Source of the DNA: Eledone cirrhosa
Taxonomy: Eukaryota
Direction: 5' to 3'
DNA: 64,000 nt
NCBI GenBank assembly: GCA_964016885.1
Contig: OZ024758.1
Span: forward strand, 35,092,001 to 35,156,000
The notes beneath the pieces were generated by a model that had not been told where the DNA came from, searched no databases, and saw only the letters and a list, made by a program, of their open reading frames with translations. This document shows positions 61,501 through 64,000 of this stretch, piece by piece; position 1 is the stretch's first letter, and every line of letters begins with the position of its first letter. The position numbers were made by a program, and so were the translations under genes.

Positions 61501-64000
61501 CTCCACTGTTGGTGAGAATTCATTTAAGTTCATGGTACTAGCTGTCAGAAGTAACTCCAATGTTGGTGAGAATTCATTTAAGTTCATGGTATTAGCTGTC
61601 AGAAGGAATTCCACTGTTGGTGAGAATTCATTTAAGTTCATGGTATTAGCTGTCAGAAGTAACTCCACTGTTGGTGAGAATTCATTTAAGTCATGGTATT
61701 AGCTGTCAGAAGTAACTCCATTGTTGGTGAGAATTCATTTAAGTCATGGTACTAGCTGTCAGAAGTAACTCCACTGTTGGTGAGAATTCATTTAAGTTCA
61801 TGGTATTAGTTTGTCAGAAGTAACTCCACTGTTGGTGAGAATTCATTTAAGTCATGGTATTAGTTGTCAGAAGTAACTCCAATGTTGGTGAGAATTCATT
61901 TAAGTCATGGTACTAGCTGTCAGAAGTAACTCCAATGTTGGTGAGAATTCATTTAAGTTCATGGTATTAGCTGTCAGAAGGAACTCCACTGTTGGTGAGA
62001 ATTCATTTAAGTTCATGGTATTAGCTGTCAGAAGTAACTCCACTGTTGGTGAGAATTCATTTAAGTTCATGGTACTAGCTGTCAGAAGTAACTCCAATGT
62101 TGGTGAGAATTCATTTAAGTTCATGGTATTAGCTGTCAGAAGTAACTCCACTGTTGGTGAGAATTCATTTAAGTCATGGTATTAGCTGTCAGAAGTAACT
62201 CCAATGTTGGTGAGAATTCATTTAAGTTCATGGTATTAGCTGTCAGAAGTAACTCCACTGTTGGTGAGAATTCATTTAAGTTCATGGTATTAGCTGTCAG
62301 AAGGAACGCCACTGTTGGTGAGAATTCATTTAAGTTCATGGTATTAGCTGTCAGAAGTAACTCCACTGTTGGTGAGAATTCATTTAAGTTCATGGTACTA
62401 GCTGTCAGAAGTAACTCCAATGTTGGTGAGAATTCATTTAAGTTCATGGTATTAGTTTGTCAGAAGTAACTCCACTGTTGGTGAGAATTCATTTAAGTCA
62501 TGGTATTAGTTGTCAGAAGTAACTCCAATGTTGGTGAGAATTCATTTAAGTTCATGGTACTAGCTGTCAGAAGTAACTCCACTGTTGGTGAGAATTCATT
62601 TAAGTTCATGGTATTAGCTGTCAGAAGTAACTCCACTGTTGGTGAGAATTCATTTAAGTCATGGTATTAGCTGTCAGAAGTAACTCCATTGTTGGGGAGA
62701 ATTCATTTAAGTCATGGTATTAGTTGTCAGAAGTAACTCCAATGTTGGTGAGAATTCATTTAAGTCATGGTACTAGCTGTCAGAAGTAACTCCAATGTTG
62801 GTGAGAATTCATTTAAGTTCATGGTATTAGCTGTCACAAGGAACTCCACTGTTGGTGAGAATTCATTTAAGTTCATGGTATTAGCTGTCAGAAGTAACTC
62901 CACTGTTGGTGAGAATTCATTTAAGTCATGGTATTAGCTGTCAGAAGTAACTCCACTGTTGGTGAGAATTCATTTAAGTCATGGTATTAGCTGTCTGAAG
63001 TAACTCCATTGTTGGGGAGAATTCATTTAAGTCATGGTACTAACTGTCAGAAGTAACTCCACTGTTGGTGAGAATTCATTTAAGTTCATGGTACTAGCTG
63101 TCAGAAGTAACTCCACTGTTGGTGAGAATTCATTTAAGTTCATGGTATTAGCTGTCAGAAGTAACTCCACTGTTGGTGAGAATTCATTTAAGTTCATGGT
63201 ATTAGCTGTCAGAAGTAACTCCACTGTTGGTGAGAATTCATTTAAGTCATGGTATTAGCTGTCAGAAGTAACTCCATTGTTGGGGAGAGTTCATTTAAGT
63301 CATGGTACTAGCTGTCAGAAGGAACTCCAATGTTGGTGAGAAATCATTTAAGTCATGGTACTAGCTGTCAGAAGTAACTCCAATGTTGGTGAGAATTCAT
63401 TTAAGTTCATGGTATTAGCTGTCAGAAGGAACTCCACTGTTGGTGAGAATTCATTTAAGTTCATGGTACTAGCTGTCAGAAGTAACTCCACTGTTGGTGA
63501 GAATTCATTTAAGTTCATGGTATTAGTTTGTCAGAAGTAACTCCACTGTTAGTGAGAATTCATTTAAGTCATGGTATTAGTTGTCAGAAGTAACTCCAAT
63601 GTTGGTGAGAATTCATTTAAGTCATGGTACTAGCTGTCAGAAGTAACTCCAATGTTGGTGAGAATTCATTTAAGTTCATGGTATTAGCTGTCAGAAGGAA
63701 CTCCACTGTTGGTGAGAATTCATTTAAGTTCATGGTATTAGCTGTCAGAAGTAACTCCACTGTTGGTGAGAATTCATTTAAGTCATGGTATTAGCTGTCA
63801 GAAGTAACTCCACTGTTGGTGAGAATTCATTTAAGTCATGGTATTAGCTGTCAGAAGTAACTCCATTGTTGGGGAGAATTCATTTAAGTCATGGTACTAA
63901 CTGTCAGAAGTAACTCCACTGTTGGTGAGAATTCATTTAAGTTCATGGTACTAGCTGTCAGAAGTAACTCCACTGTTGGTGAGAATTCATTTAAGTTCAT

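Larger units (their letters stand above)
1..64000. repeat. 54-bp monomer tandem satellite array (~1,190 head-to-tail copies), running off both window ends
   Basis: Seen directly: consensus ATGGTATTAGCTGTCAGAAGTAACTCCACTGTTGGTGAGAATTCATTTAAGTTC repeats in one orientation throughout, most copies 0-3 differences from consensus. Common variants are T7C (GTACTAG), C11T, T21G, C29A/T, a 1-nt deletion (AAGTCATG) and a 1-nt insertion (TAGTTTGTC). Confidence 0.99.

Noticed and set aside
9-63540. Hundreds of ORFs on both strands encoding 18-aa repeats (MVLAVRSNSTVGENSFKF on +, MNLNEFSPTVELLLTANT on -), up to 286 aa
   Set aside because: The monomer length is a multiple of 3 and two of six frames happen to lack stops, which is unremarkable for 18 codons. 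Frames are broken every few monomers by 1-bp indels that spread freely with duplications. There is no unique N- or C-terminal sequence and no evident synonymous bias. Transcript or ribosome-profiling data would be needed to revive this.
1-64000. CRISPR-like or other repeat-spacer/guide array
   Set aside because: There are no unique spacers: the whole 54 bp is conserved with only SNP-level variation. No leader or cas gene is in the window.
1-64000. CENP-B box (NTTCGNNNNANNCGGGN)
   Set aside because: It requires two CpGs in TTCG and CGGG contexts; neither is in the consensus or in the variants I saw.
1-64000. Embedded transposon, inversion or unique island; or a purely artefactual collapsed repeat
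   Set aside because: No non-monomer or reverse-orientation sequence was seen, and gaps in the ORF track are just runs of closely spaced indel monomers. Consistently inherited, hierarchically nested SNPs argue for real sequence, although individual duplications still need read-level validation.

Overview
The whole 64-kb window is one uninterrupted head-to-tail satellite DNA array of roughly 1,190 copies of a 54-bp monomer. The consensus is ATGGTATTAGCTGTCAGAAGTAACTCCACTGTTGGTGAGAATTCATTTAAGTTC (20/54 GC, one EcoRI site, no CpG). I saw no unique sequence, gene, RNA gene, transposon, CRISPR spacer or inversion. Every ORF in the track is a translation of the monomer, broken by recurrent 1-bp indels, so none is called as a CDS. 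The informative content is in the monomer variants. Diagnostic SNPs and indels show nested, in-register tandem duplications of 324, 1184, 1457 (x3), 1507, 1939, 2258, 2314, 2966, 3066 and 3827 bp. They also show one very recent 17,016-bp duplication whose junction maps to 34,102-34,130. The relative order of several events can be read from shared markers. There are also hints of an older 18-bp subunit inside the monomer and of a more heterogeneous layer at the right end. This architecture is typical of eukaryotic (peri)centromeric or heterochromatic satellite, but I do not recognise the family or host and cannot show function. I found no supportable new protein-coding or RNA system.
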